This document shows positions 1 to 9,270 of a stretch of 64,000 nucleotides of DNA, piece by piece. A program made the position numbers and the translations under genes. The notes beneath the pieces are model-generated. The model saw only the letters and a list, made by a program, of their open reading frames with translations, was not told the origin of the DNA and ran no database searches. Within the stretch, counting starts at the first letter, position 1. Each line of letters begins with the position of its first letter. The DNA is from Candidatus Latescibacterota bacterium (GTDB taxonomy: Bacteria; Latescibacterota; UBA2968). The stretch spans positions 2,016,001 to 2,080,000 of the forward strand of contig OZ240241.1 of NCBI GenBank assembly GCA_965198115.1, given 5' to 3'.

Positions 1-340
1 CGTGTTGCTCGACCTCGGTCTGGATACCCAGCCGACTGAACTCATCCCGTACGTAGTCGAATGCTGCCGTGTGACCGGCGTAGCCCGGCACGCGCGAGGG
101 GTGACTCGTCAGCGAAGCGAGGGTGGCCCGAACGTCGTCCTCGGTGATGTCCTCGGCGATCCGTCTGATTTCGCGGTCGCGTTCTGTAATGACGACCGGT
201 TGGATCTCGGGAATGGAAGGCTGGATGTTGAAGAGCTTGACGAAAAAATCCGTAACTTGACCCGGGTTGAAGATCGTTACGGACGAGAGCATGAAAATGG
301 CGATGAGCCACAGGAAGGCAGTGCCGAGTTTTTTCAGCAT
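1..340 (-). CDS. Partial (runs off window start) membrane-anchored protein, N-terminus resembling M28 peptidase-family proteins
   Basis: Not in ORF track. Manual translation from ATG 340: MLKKLGTAFLWLIAIFMLSSVTIFNPGQ...LASLTSHPSRVPGYAGHTAAFDYVRDEFSRLG. N-terminal TM plus SRxPGxxG..A.DY..EF..LG motif typical of M28 N-termini. Confidence 0.6.
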   Translation of the reverse strand, partial: MLKKLGTAFLWLIAIFMLSSVTIFNPGQVTDFFVKLFNIQPSIPEIQPVVITERDREIRRIAEDITEDDVRATLASLTSHPSRVPGYAGHTAAFDYVRDEFSRLGIQTEVEQH

Positions 341-557
341 GTGATGTTTGCTCCGCGGCGTTCGGATCGGCGATGGGCCCGAATGGGCCGGGTGATCGTG
401 AGGGGGATCTAGCTACATCGCGGCAAAGAAAAGACAAGGAAATCGGAGTGTCAAGCGAATTTGCCCCACAAAACTGCGCGTAATTGGGGGTTTTTCAAGC
501 CCTTCGGCACAGGCTGCGTCTTGACGCGCCGGAAAGGGGCGGACATATTCCCCTCAC

Positions 558-2255
558 GTGACCGGCCAGCCCAACACGACCACACGGACGTTCGCCAAAT
601 CGATCTCCCTCCTGGTCCTATATGCCATCCTTCTGCGCTCCGGATCGCTCCTGGCCGATGCAACCCCCAGCGTGCCGAGCGGTCATCCGGTTTACGCCTT
701 CCTGGAACGAGCCGAGACCCGGGGTTACCTCACCCACCGTCTCCCGGCCATCCGTCCCCTCTCCCGGGAAACGATCGCCCGATTCCTCGCCAACGTACGC
801 ACGAGAAATCTGTCCCGCGCTGAGCAAAACGAAGCCAACCGCTACGACCTCGAGTTCCGAGACGAGTTCGTCCGTTTGGGAGAATCGGGTCTCCCCAACG
901 CGGCCACGGGCGCTCTGCCTTCTCTGCTGAACGGCAACTTCATGGTCTTCGGAGACGGGGATGGGTCCATCGTTGTCGATCCATTGTTTCGTCAGACCTA
1001 CGTGCGCTTCGGTGGAAACCTCAGCCCGGACGAGAACACATCCATCACCCGTGTCGGTCTGATCGCCCGGGGCCAAAAAGGTGACCACATCGGATACCGG
1101 ATCCAGCACCTCGAGGCGAGAGAATGGAGTTCGCGAGCCCGGACGACGCGAAACGATGTGGTCGCGCGACCGATCGAGGAAGTTCAGTTCAAGGGCAAGA
1201 CCGTCGATTTCCGCGAGACCCGTTTTCAGATGCTGTGGGCGAACGAATGGCTGACGCTCGACGTGGGAAAAGATCGCTTCAAGTGGGGGCCCTCACCGCA
1301 CGCCAATCTGTTCCTGGGCGAGCTCGGACCATCCTATTACTACGGCCGCTTCGAGGCCACTTACCGAGCGATTCGGTTCGCCCATTTCTTCGGAACCCTT
1401 TCGGCCCGTCCTGGGACGATAGACACCGCGCGAACGACCACCAGCAACGGCCACAGCCGACGGTTCAAGCCGGCCAAGAGGATGTCCGCCCACCGTCTGG
1501 AAATCGAGGTCGGACGTGTCCTGATCGGCCTCCAGGAATCGGTCGTCTACGGGGACCGGGGATTCGAACTCGCCTACCTCCCACCGCCGAGCGTCTTCGT
1601 GGGCGCGCAGAGTTATCTCGACGACACGGACAACCTCGCCGTGGGCGTCGACGCTTCCGTCCTACTTCCCTACAGGACAAAGATTTACGCGTCTTTGTTT
1701 TTCGATGACTTGAAGAAGTTCAACCCCGGCGACTTTGCGACGAAAACCGCCAAGCAGATCGGCATTCACACCGTCGATCCTTTCGGGCTCCACAACGTGG
1801 ACACCTGGGCCGAGTATTCACGAATCGACCCGTTCGTCTACACGCATCTGTTCGATATCAACGCATACGAACACTTCGACGTTCCTCTGGGACACCCACT
1901 GGGACCGAACACGGACCAGATACTACTGTCATCCACGTGGCATCCAACGGGCAACCTCACCGTCTCGGCGAGTTATGGACGCGTGCGGGCGGGTGAGAAT
2001 TTCCTGACCGAAACCGGCGATTTGGTCAACGTCGGAGGCGATCTGCAGCTCGGCCAGCGTCCGTCTGACCCGTCGACGAAGACCTTTCTCGACGGGCAAC
2101 GATCCACGACCACGCAGGTGATGCTCGATATCCGGATGGATCCCGCAAAGAACCTCTCCGTCGAACTTCAGTGGCAATGGCAGCGGCATGGCATCGGCCG
2201 CAGCGAGACGCGAGGCCGTAGAATCGACGCGAACCTCCATCTGAACGCGTTCTAG
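558..2255 (+). CDS. Capsule assembly Wzi-family outer-membrane beta-barrel protein
   Basis: Signal peptide; motifs GKDRFKWGP and AHRLEI..IGLQESVVYG.R..ELAYL.P; C-terminal Phe. Confidence 0.7.
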   Translation: MTGQPNTTTRTFAKSISLLVLYAILLRSGSLLADATPSVPSGHPVYAFLERAETRGYLTHRLPAIRPLSRETIARFLANVRTRNLSRAEQNEANRYDLEFRDEFVRLGESGLPNAATGALPSLLNGNFMVFGDGDGSIVVDPLFRQTYVRFGGNLSPDENTSITRVGLIARGQKGDHIGYRIQHLEAREWSSRARTTRNDVVARPIEEVQFKGKTVDFRETRFQMLWANEWLTLDVGKDRFKWGPSPHANLFLGELGPSYYYGRFEATYRAIRFAHFFGTLSARPGTIDTARTTTSNGHSRRFKPAKRMSAHRLEIEVGRVLIGLQESVVYGDRGFELAYLPPPSVFVGAQSYLDDTDNLAVGVDASVLLPYRTKIYASLFFDDLKKFNPGDFATKTAKQIGIHTVDPFGLHNVDTWAEYSRIDPFVYTHLFDINAYEHFDVPLGHPLGPNTDQILLSSTWHPTGNLTVSASYGRVRAGENFLTETGDLVNVGGDLQLGQRPSDPSTKTFLDGQRSTTTQVMLDIRMDPAKNLSVELQWQWQRHGIGRSETRGRRIDANLHLNAF

Positions 2256-2350
2256 GACAAAGATGTTGCGTGGAGGGTGCTGATCCCTATATTCCCCGGC
2301 CGGACGGCGTCCGCCGTCACCCTGGATGAATTAATTAGGAGTCCTGATCG

Positions 2351-3208
2351 ATGAAGACAGCGACACGCGCACTCCTCGCTTGCACCACGATTTTGGGTAT
2401 AGGGGCGTGTGGCGGTCCGGAAAAGGCGATCGAGGACAGTCTGCGCGAGCACGTGATCTTCTTTTCAAACTTCGAAAAGGGCGTCGACGCGCTCTGGTCG
2501 GAAGGGGACACCCGTGCGTCGATCGATGGCGCTAAGACGCGCCATCAGCTGAGCGACGGCGTGGCAACGGCCGAGAAAGTTTCGGACGGATACCTTCAGT
2601 TTCAGACAGGATCCGGCGCGCTGGCCTACGCTGTCGAAAAGAACTTCCCCTACAGCGAATCGACGTGGGAAGGCGGTGCATCCTTCTGGTTGAGCGTGGA
2701 TCCGGAGGCGCTGTCCGAGGATTACCCTGAGCCGTTTCACGCTGGAAAGAAAGATGGCGGATACCCCTGGGATGACGGTGTCATCTTCGTCGACTTTTCT
2801 AAGGCGCCGGGGCGGTCGCTACGATTCGGGTGCTATCCCAACAAGGCCGACCAAAAGGCCGAACTCTCCGACGAGGCGGTGGCCCAGCACGTGATCGAAG
2901 CAGCCGGGATCAGTTGGAAGGCCGACGAATGGCACCACGTTGCGATCGGTTGGAAAAACTTCAACAGCGGGCAGTCGAACGCGGAGTGGGCCCTCTATGT
3001 CGACGGAACCGAAGTAGGTCGGAAGACGGGCATGCGACTCGACATATCGTGGAACACGGCAGACCTGCCATTCCGTTTTAACCACTACGGCTACGCGGGC
3101 AAGATCGACGAGATCGCCGTCTTCAAAAAGATGCTCACTGCCGACGAAGCGAAATACCTGCACCAACCGAAACGCCCTCTGAACGCGCTGCTCAAGAAGG
3201 GGCCGTAA
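2351..3208 (+). CDS. LamG/concanavalin A-like jelly-roll lipoprotein
   Basis: Lipobox GIGAC; LamG motifs WHHVAIGW, LYVDG and GKIDEIAVFKKMLT. Confidence 0.75.
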   Translation: MKTATRALLACTTILGIGACGGPEKAIEDSLREHVIFFSNFEKGVDALWSEGDTRASIDGAKTRHQLSDGVATAEKVSDGYLQFQTGSGALAYAVEKNFPYSESTWEGGASFWLSVDPEALSEDYPEPFHAGKKDGGYPWDDGVIFVDFSKAPGRSLRFGCYPNKADQKAELSDEAVAQHVIEAAGISWKADEWHHVAIGWKNFNSGQSNAEWALYVDGTEVGRKTGMRLDISWNTADLPFRFNHYGYAGKIDEIAVFKKMLTADEAKYLHQPKRPLNALLKKGP

Positions 3209-3228
3209 TCGGTTGCCACACAGAAATT

Positions 3229-3266
3229 AAAGGCGGCGTCAGATCGATCTGGCGCCGCCTTCTTTC
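3229..3266. terminator. Bidirectional intrinsic terminator
   Basis: aaggcggcgtcaga-tcga-tctggcgccgcctt hairpin flanked by A-rich and T-rich tracts, between convergent genes. Confidence 0.75.
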
Positions 3267-3279
3267 TGTGGATTCGAGC

Positions 3280-3527
3280 TCAATCGGCCGAAGAGACCAA
3301 ACCCAGGATCACGTAGAGCATGCCGCTCGCAAGAAGACCCGCAACGCCCCCCTGCACGAGGGCGGATTGCAGCGTGAGCGGTTTTACAAAAAGCCAGTAA
3401 ATCGAAATCGAGATGGCCAGGGGGAGCAGAGCGTTCACTCGCCCCCCAGCCTGAACCGCCGGAGTAACAAGGCTCCCAGGACGGAAAGCAGCGCCACTCC
3501 GAATTGGTTACCCAGGTCGACTGGCAT
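3280..3527 (-). CDS. Small (~82 aa) multi-TM membrane protein, holin-like; one frameshift in a G-run at ~3442-3447
   Basis: GGAAGGAG RBS before ATG 3527. Adding one G gives MPVDLGNQFGVALLSVLGALLLRRFRLGGRVNALLPLAISISIYWLFVKPLTLQSALVQGGVAGLLASGMLYVILGLVSSAD. Confidence 0.6.
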
Positions 3528-3559
3528 GGCTCCTTCCAACAGATGTTCAACGCACAAAC

Positions 3560-3589
3560 TTCGGGCCCGCTAATTTCGGGCCCGCTAAT
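3560..3589. repeat. 15-bp perfect tandem duplication TTCGGGCCCGCTAAT x2
   Basis: Read directly in the intergenic region between divergent genes. Confidence 0.9.
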
Positions 3590-3666
3590 ATAGGGCTCCG
3601 CCCCGCGAGGGGGCAACGGCTCTAAACCACTAAAGCCACGACCCTCTTTCACAATCGGAATCTGCC

Positions 3667-4362
3667 GTGAAATCCTGTCCGATCTGTCAAGACGAGCTCC
3701 CCGATGAAACGATCGTCCAGGCCGACGATCTAGGGCACTGCGTCGTCTGTGGTCGGAAGCTGGAAGCCCGGAGCGCTACGCCAACCGAAACCGCCACGGC
3801 GGCGGTTCAGCCCGCGATCGAATACGAGCTAACAGAATCCGAGCGTCGTCGGATGGAGGAGGTTCGGCGGCTACGCTCGATTGCCTACGGGCCTCCATCG
3901 AAGACCCTTCAGGCCACCAAACTGAAGGGCTTCCTCGCCCTGATGATCATCATTTGCATCCTCGTCTATGCCTACATCTGGGACAGACACCGACGCACTC
4001 AGCAGGCCGTCTCAAGTAGAGACCAGGTCACCTATCTCACGTTCAACGCACTGTTTGGCCCCTCGAGTCCGCTCAACCCCGAAGAGAAGATCGATCAGTT
4101 CCGGCACTTTCGATCGTTGAAGGTCAGGTGGAAGGGCGTCATATCTTACGTCAACAAGGGCAAAGCAAAAGATCTCTACATCATCCTTCGCCACCCGCTG
4201 AGCCTCGCGGCGTCCGACGTCCTCCTGCGATTCAGCGAAGAACATCGTCATCAGGTCGAATCCCTCAAGGTTGGGGAATCGGTCCGGTACACCGGCCAGG
4301 TGTCGGAATTCGATCGCGGCACGGGCTTCATCACAGTGAGAGAGGGACAGCTGCGACCCTGA
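3667..4362 (+). CDS. Zinc-ribbon / TM / OB-fold-like membrane protein
   Basis: CPIC...CVVC at N-terminus, one TM helix, C-terminal KVRWKGVI..V...LKVGESVRYTGQV OB-fold pattern. Confidence 0.6.
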   Translation: MKSCPICQDELPDETIVQADDLGHCVVCGRKLEARSATPTETATAAVQPAIEYELTESERRRMEEVRRLRSIAYGPPSKTLQATKLKGFLALMIIICILVYAYIWDRHRRTQQAVSSRDQVTYLTFNALFGPSSPLNPEEKIDQFRHFRSLKVRWKGVISYVNKGKAKDLYIILRHPLSLAASDVLLRFSEEHRHQVESLKVGESVRYTGQVSEFDRGTGFITVREGQLRP

Positions 4363-4383
4363 TCGGTGCCGACCAATTTGATC

Positions 4384-4412
4384 TTGACGGGCGATTGAAG
4401 AGGTTGTATCTT
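4384..4412 (+). promoter_or_regulatory. Putative sigma70 promoter
   Basis: TTGACG-N17-TATCTT upstream of the DUF4398 gene. Confidence 0.5.
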
Positions 4413-4507
4413 TTTTCGTCCGTACGTAAATAAGCTAATATCCAACGAGTTAGATAGATTCTGGGGTTCCGTTCGGCACCTCGGTAGTCCCACATAGGAG
4501 GGGAAGG

Positions 4508-5110
4508 ATGCGAGTTGTCCTTAAATTCGGCGTGGTCCTGGGCATGGTCACCATTGCCGCGGGGTGTGGGTCTCCTCCACAGGCCGAGCTCGATGCCGCA
4601 CAGGCCGCCCTCGACGCAGCCCGCCAGGTCGAGGCCGATGTTTACGCGCCCGACGCTTATAATCGCGCTAAGAACACGCTCGCCGACGCTCGAGCCAAGG
4701 TCGAGCAGAGCGACTACGAAGCTGCCAAAACAGCTGCTGTCCAGGCCAAAGATCAGGCCGAGCAAGCTCGTTCGCTCGCAGGCACCAACAAACAGCAGAT
4801 GATGACCGACGCTCAGAATATCGCGAACCGCGTGTCAACCGGCCTCGGCGACGCTCGCACCGCCCTCGACGGTGCACCCCGCGGCAAGGGTGCCGACGAC
4901 GATCTCGACCAGCTGCGAGCCGACCTGAGCCAGGCGGAAGCCTCCCTCAGCGATGCCAGAAACAACCTCAACAGTGGCAACGTCAAGTCCGCCCTCGACC
5001 AGGCGAAATCAGCAGACAGCAAACTCTCGTCCGTTCAGAGTGCGGTTCAGGTGGCGATGAAGAAAATCGAAGATTGGCAGGAGCGCCCCAAACCCTGGTA
5101 CGAACTGTAG
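4508..5110 (+). CDS. DUF4398-family helical lipoprotein
   Basis: Lipobox AAGC followed by PPQAELDAAQAALDAARQVEADVYAPDAY..A, a DUF4398 pattern; Ala-rich helical body. Confidence 0.75.
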   Translation: MRVVLKFGVVLGMVTIAAGCGSPPQAELDAAQAALDAARQVEADVYAPDAYNRAKNTLADARAKVEQSDYEAAKTAAVQAKDQAEQARSLAGTNKQQMMTDAQNIANRVSTGLGDARTALDGAPRGKGADDDLDQLRADLSQAEASLSDARNNLNSGNVKSALDQAKSADSKLSSVQSAVQVAMKKIEDWQERPKPWYEL

Positions 5111-5134
5111 GCGTTCGTAGCCGACGTTCATCGC

Positions 5135-5169
5135 GAAAACCGGGAGAAGTTCAACTTCTCTCGGTTTTC
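5135..5169 (+). terminator. Long inverted repeat / probable terminator after the lipoprotein gene
   Basis: gaaaaccgggagaagtt-c-aacttctctcggttttc. Confidence 0.6.
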
Positions 5170-5190
5170 CATTTGTGGGGAGCCCGGTTC

Positions 5191-5784
5191 GTGAAAAGAC
5201 TGCGGCGAACAGTCGCACTCAGCCTTGTGAGCGTCGGTCTGCTCGTTGTGGCGACCGCCTGTCCAACCCACGCCAGCGACGAGGAAGGACTCGCTCGCCG
5301 GATCACCAACCTCGAAAAAACGTTGGACCGATTTCGGGGCGACGCTCCCTACATCGTCATCGACACCACAGGTAACCGACTCACGATCCGAAAGAAGCAC
5401 GAGGTCCTGCGCGACGCGACTTGCGCGACCGGTAGCGGTAAGGTGCTCCTCGGTCGTAACGGAGAGACATGGAATTTTCTGACACCACGACGAGTCTTCA
5501 GCGTCACGAGAAAAACGCGCAACCCGGTCTGGAAAAAGCCAGTCTGGGCGTTCGTTGAAAAAAACAAAACCGCCCCCGTGTTGCCGTGGTCATTCGAGCG
5601 ACTCGATCCGACCACACTCGGGGCGTACGCGCTCGAACTCCAAAACAGCTACGCTATTCACGGGACGCTCTACCCGTCTCTTTTGGGTCGCCACATCACG
5701 CACGGCTGCGTACGTCTGGGCGACGACGATCTCGCGACGGCTTTTGAGCTCGTTCGCATCGGTACGCCCGTGTTTGTGTTCTGA
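5191..5784 (+). CDS. L,D-transpeptidase (YkuD family)
   Basis: YAIHGT...ITHGCVRL catalytic motif and C-terminal GTPVFV; signal peptide after GTG 5191. Confidence 0.9.
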   Translation: MKRLRRTVALSLVSVGLLVVATACPTHASDEEGLARRITNLEKTLDRFRGDAPYIVIDTTGNRLTIRKKHEVLRDATCATGSGKVLLGRNGETWNFLTPRRVFSVTRKTRNPVWKKPVWAFVEKNKTAPVLPWSFERLDPTTLGAYALELQNSYAIHGTLYPSLLGRHITHGCVRLGDDDLATAFELVRIGTPVFVF

Positions 5785-6326
5785 TGTCCCTGCTCCTCAC
5801 CATCCTGCTCTGTTCTCCCTTTTACGTTTCATCTGAGTCGCCCCCTCTGCTTCCGCTCGACGTGCGCCACGAGGCTCTTCGGCACGAACTCCAGGTGGTC
5901 GAGCAGGATGCCGACCGCTACTACCTCATCATCGATCTGACGACCGGGCGGCTCGATCTAAGAGCGGGCGCGAAAATTCTGGCGCGGTGGCCCATCACGG
6001 TCGGCCCGACCTCGTTCGACGCCGGGGTCCATCTTCTCACATTGGAGCAGCACCTGGAGCCGATGACTTTCGAGCCTGGGCCCGCCAGGGGGAGACTTGG
6101 CGGTCGGTTCCTGCCCCTCGACTTTGTCGGCCGCCTGACGGAGGGTGCCCGGGCAGCAACGCGGCTCTACTTTACGCCCCCCTTCCTCCTCCAGGGCGAC
6201 TTTTTATCGAAGCCGGACGTCGCCGGCGTGACCCTGAACGGTCAGCACATCAAGTCGCTGGCCTCGGCACTCATCCCGGGTAGCCCAGCCATCCTCATTG
6301 CCGCGGGGACGGACTCGACCTCTTGA
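5784..6326 (+). CDS. YkuD-like protein lacking the catalytic His/Cys
   Basis: YYLIIDL...LDLR...W, PLDF..RL and GSPAIL mirror the upstream LDT; HGT is replaced by QGD and HGC by VAG; TGATG overlap with upstream gene. Confidence 0.6.
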   Translation: MSLLLTILLCSPFYVSSESPPLLPLDVRHEALRHELQVVEQDADRYYLIIDLTTGRLDLRAGAKILARWPITVGPTSFDAGVHLLTLEQHLEPMTFEPGPARGRLGGRFLPLDFVGRLTEGARAATRLYFTPPFLLQGDFLSKPDVAGVTLNGQHIKSLASALIPGSPAILIAAGTDSTS

Positions 6327-7279
6327 TGCGGCTGCTCGCTCTCGTCCTCGCAGTCACTCTGATACCTCATCCTGCGTCGGGACAGACCGAGGGCGGGCGA
6401 TTCGCCGGTGACCCGCTGCTGGTGGGCGCCGGCGCGCGATCGCTCGCGATGGGCGGTGCCTACGTGGCAGTCAGTGACGATGCCACGTCGGTCTACTGGA
6501 ATGCTGCGGGCCTTGCGCACCTGAGCTCTGGCGAGGTTCAGGCCCAGCACACCGAGCAGTTCGGCGGCGCCGTCAACCACGATCTTCTGACCCTGTCCCT
6601 CCCGACTCGCGCGGGTGGACTTGGCGCGGGCGTCGTGCGCGTTTCGGTCGATGGAATCAAGCGGACCCAGCTCGAGGATGAAAGCCGACCACTCGGACCC
6701 GGAAACCGGCCCCTGATTCGGTCAGAAGTCGGCAGCAGCGATTATGCGCTTTACCTCGGCTTCGGAAAACCGATCCGTCGTCGGCTCAGCATCGGAGCCA
6801 CCGCAAAGATTGTCTGGCGAAACCTCGCAGTCGGCAGCGGCTCCGGCTTCGGGTTCGACGTGGCCGGGCGCTACACGGCCAGCCCGCACCTGACCGTAGG
6901 TCTCGTGATCAGGGACATCACGCAAACGAGGATCTCTTTCGACTCCGGGACGCAGGATGAAATCTCTCCCTCCATCCTAGCCGGGCTCGCCTACAGCAGG
7001 GCCGTGCGACGAATGGCCGGCAAGGTCACCACAGCCGCGAGCGTCCACCTGAACGAGGACGTCGCATCGGCTGAGAACGATCAGAGGTTCAAGCTGGGTA
7101 TAGAGTACCAACACGAAAAGGGAGTGGCGTTTCGGCTCGGGCTCGATGGCAACCACCTGGCCGCCGGCGCAGGCGTCCTGATCCGCGATCGGTTCAGCGT
7201 GGATCTCGCGTTCCTGGAGGACGGCGATCTCGACAATACCTTTCGGCTCTCTGCATCCTTTTATTTCGGACAACCATGA
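6323..7279 (+). CDS. PorV/PorQ (UPF0164) family outer-membrane beta-barrel
   Basis: GAGARSLAMGGAYVAVSDDATSVYWNAAGLA signature. Confidence 0.8.
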   Translation: MMRLLALVLAVTLIPHPASGQTEGGRFAGDPLLVGAGARSLAMGGAYVAVSDDATSVYWNAAGLAHLSSGEVQAQHTEQFGGAVNHDLLTLSLPTRAGGLGAGVVRVSVDGIKRTQLEDESRPLGPGNRPLIRSEVGSSDYALYLGFGKPIRRRLSIGATAKIVWRNLAVGSGSGFGFDVAGRYTASPHLTVGLVIRDITQTRISFDSGTQDEISPSILAGLAYSRAVRRMAGKVTTAASVHLNEDVASAENDQRFKLGIEYQHEKGVAFRLGLDGNHLAAGAGVLIRDRFSVDLAFLEDGDLDNTFRLSASFYFGQP

Positions 7280-8178
7280 ATTCAGATCCCCTTGGCGTCT
7301 TCAGATCCGGGCACATCGTCGTCGTCGGTGTGCCCAATACGGGAAAGTCCACGCTCTTCAACGCACTCGTGGGCGAACACCTTTCGATCACGACACCCAA
7401 ACCGCAAACGACTCGACGAACGATCCTCGGCATCCTGACGAACGAACGGGCTCAAATGATGTTCGTGGACACCCCGGGATTGCTCGACCCCGCCTACCGC
7501 CTTCACGAATTGATGCGATCACAGATCGATGAAGCCCTGGAGGGCGCGGACGTCGTCCTCGCACTCGTCGACGCCGCCGACATGACCGGCACCTTCACCG
7601 ACGAAATCAGATCGGCCCTCGGTCGACTCGAACATCCTCTCGTCGTGGCGATCAACAAGATCGACCTCGTCTCCGAGCGCGATCTCGAACAATCGCTTCA
7701 GCACGTGAAGGCGGCCGTGTCGACAAAACACGTGATTCCCGTGTCTGCGCAAACGGGTCGGAACGTGCTCGACCTGCGCGAGCAGCTGGAACAGCTCTTA
7801 CCGGTCGGACCCAAATTCTACCCGGACGACACCCTGACCGAGGAGCCGGAGCGCTTCTTCGTAGAAGAACAGATCCGGGAAGAGACCTTCCTTCGGTTAC
7901 GTCAGGAGGTTCCCTACGCCATCGCGGTCCAGGTGGAGCATTTTCGAGAAGAGGGATCCAAGATCTACATTCACGCGAACATCATCGTGGAACGCGACTC
8001 TCAGAAAGGAATCGTCATCGGTAAGAAAGGCGCGACTCTCAAAACCATCGGGAAAAACGCCAGGGTCCGGATCGAGCGCTTCCTCCAACACCCGGTCTAT
8101 CTCGATCTGCACGTGAAGGTGATCGCCAACTGGCGGAAAAGCGATTCGGCTCTTAGACGTCTGGGGTATCGCGTTTGA
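7276..8178 (+). CDS. era: GTPase Era
   Basis: GVPNTGKSTL, KPQTTR, DTPG and NKID motifs; KH domain with SQKGIVIGKKG. Confidence 0.97.
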   Translation: MNSDPLGVFRSGHIVVVGVPNTGKSTLFNALVGEHLSITTPKPQTTRRTILGILTNERAQMMFVDTPGLLDPAYRLHELMRSQIDEALEGADVVLALVDAADMTGTFTDEIRSALGRLEHPLVVAINKIDLVSERDLEQSLQHVKAAVSTKHVIPVSAQTGRNVLDLREQLEQLLPVGPKFYPDDTLTEEPERFFVEEQIREETFLRLRQEVPYAIAVQVEHFREEGSKIYIHANIIVERDSQKGIVIGKKGATLKTIGKNARVRIERFLQHPVYLDLHVKVIANWRKSDSALRRLGYRV

Positions 8179-8207
8179 CCCCATCCCATTACGTCCTCCC
8201 CTGACGC

Positions 8208-9209
8208 ATGCCCGTCGCAGTCGGAACGTTCGTCAAAATCGTTGCCAGCATCGCCCTGACCGTAGGCTTCCTCTGGTTTGCGTTTGCCACCGTCGACGCC
8301 AGTTCGATCGGTATGGCACTGTCCCTCGCCGACCCCCTGGGCCTCTTGCTCGGCGTGGCCTCGGTCCTCGTCGCCACGCTGCCGCGTGCGTGCCGTTGGG
8401 GATTGCTCATGCAAGGCGTCGCCCGACCCAGGCTCTGGCGAATCACGACAGCGATCCTGGCCGGCTACGCGGCCAACAATTTCGTGCCTCGTTCCGGCGA
8501 AATCGCCCGAGTCCTGGCCCTCGAGCAACGCGACGCCACAGCGGGCCTTTTGGCCGTTTTTGTCGAGCGTGTTCTCGACTTGCTGACTTTGCTCGTTCTG
8601 TTCGTCTTCGTCCTGCAGGTCGTGCCCGAGAAGATCGTCGCGGCTTACCCCTGGGCAGAAACCGCCCTTGTAACCGGCACGATCACAACAGGGATTGCGG
8701 TCCTCCTCATTATAGGGGCTTCTGTCGCTCGCGAAAGTTCAGTCGACCGGCTCAGTCATCTCTTCGACCGAATTTCACCCACCCTGGCCAAGAGGATCTC
8801 TTCCATCCTGACATCATTCACGCGTGGCCTCTCCAGCATCCGCACAGTCCGGGACTGTGCCCTCATCCTCGTCTACACGATCCTTCTCAACCTATGCTAC
8901 GCCCTGTCCGTCTATCTTCCGTTTTCAAGCTTTGGCTTCATCGATCGCTACGGCCTTGGGTTCGGGGATGCTATCGTCGTCATGGCGATCGCAACGATCG
9001 GGATCGTAATCCCGACACCCGGTGGGACGGGCACCTATCACGTGTTCTGCAGCCAGGCGCTAACGCGTCTCTACGACGTACTCCCCGAAGAATCGCTCGC
9101 TTTCGCCACGGCTCTCCACGGGGCTGTGTTTCTCTGTTTCCTGATCACGGGTGGGCCGGTTCTGATTCGATTGTTTTGGCGTCGCCGCGACGCCCCTGCC
9201 GATGCATAA
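8208..9209 (+). CDS. Lysylphosphatidylglycerol synthase TM / flippase-like (UPF0104) protein
   Basis: GYAANNFVPRSGE..R, VERVLD and PTPGGTGTYH motifs; multiple TMs. Confidence 0.85.
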   Translation: MPVAVGTFVKIVASIALTVGFLWFAFATVDASSIGMALSLADPLGLLLGVASVLVATLPRACRWGLLMQGVARPRLWRITTAILAGYAANNFVPRSGEIARVLALEQRDATAGLLAVFVERVLDLLTLLVLFVFVLQVVPEKIVAAYPWAETALVTGTITTGIAVLLIIGASVARESSVDRLSHLFDRISPTLAKRISSILTSFTRGLSSIRTVRDCALILVYTILLNLCYALSVYLPFSSFGFIDRYGLGFGDAIVVMAIATIGIVIPTPGGTGTYHVFCSQALTRLYDVLPEESLAFATALHGAVFLCFLITGGPVLIRLFWRRRDAPADA

Positions 9210-9210
9210 A

Positions 9211-9251
9211 CGATACGCGGGGCGCTCAACGATAGAACGCCCCGCGTATCG
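9211..9251. terminator. Hairpin between convergent genes
   Basis: cgatacgcggggcg ... cgccccgcgtatcg, perfect 14-bp stem. Confidence 0.65.
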
Positions 9252-9270
9252 TGGTTCCGTAGGACTTCCC

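Noticed and set aside
2-437. ORFs 2..412(+) and 42..437(-)
   Set aside because: Better explained by the partial minus-strand gene starting at 340
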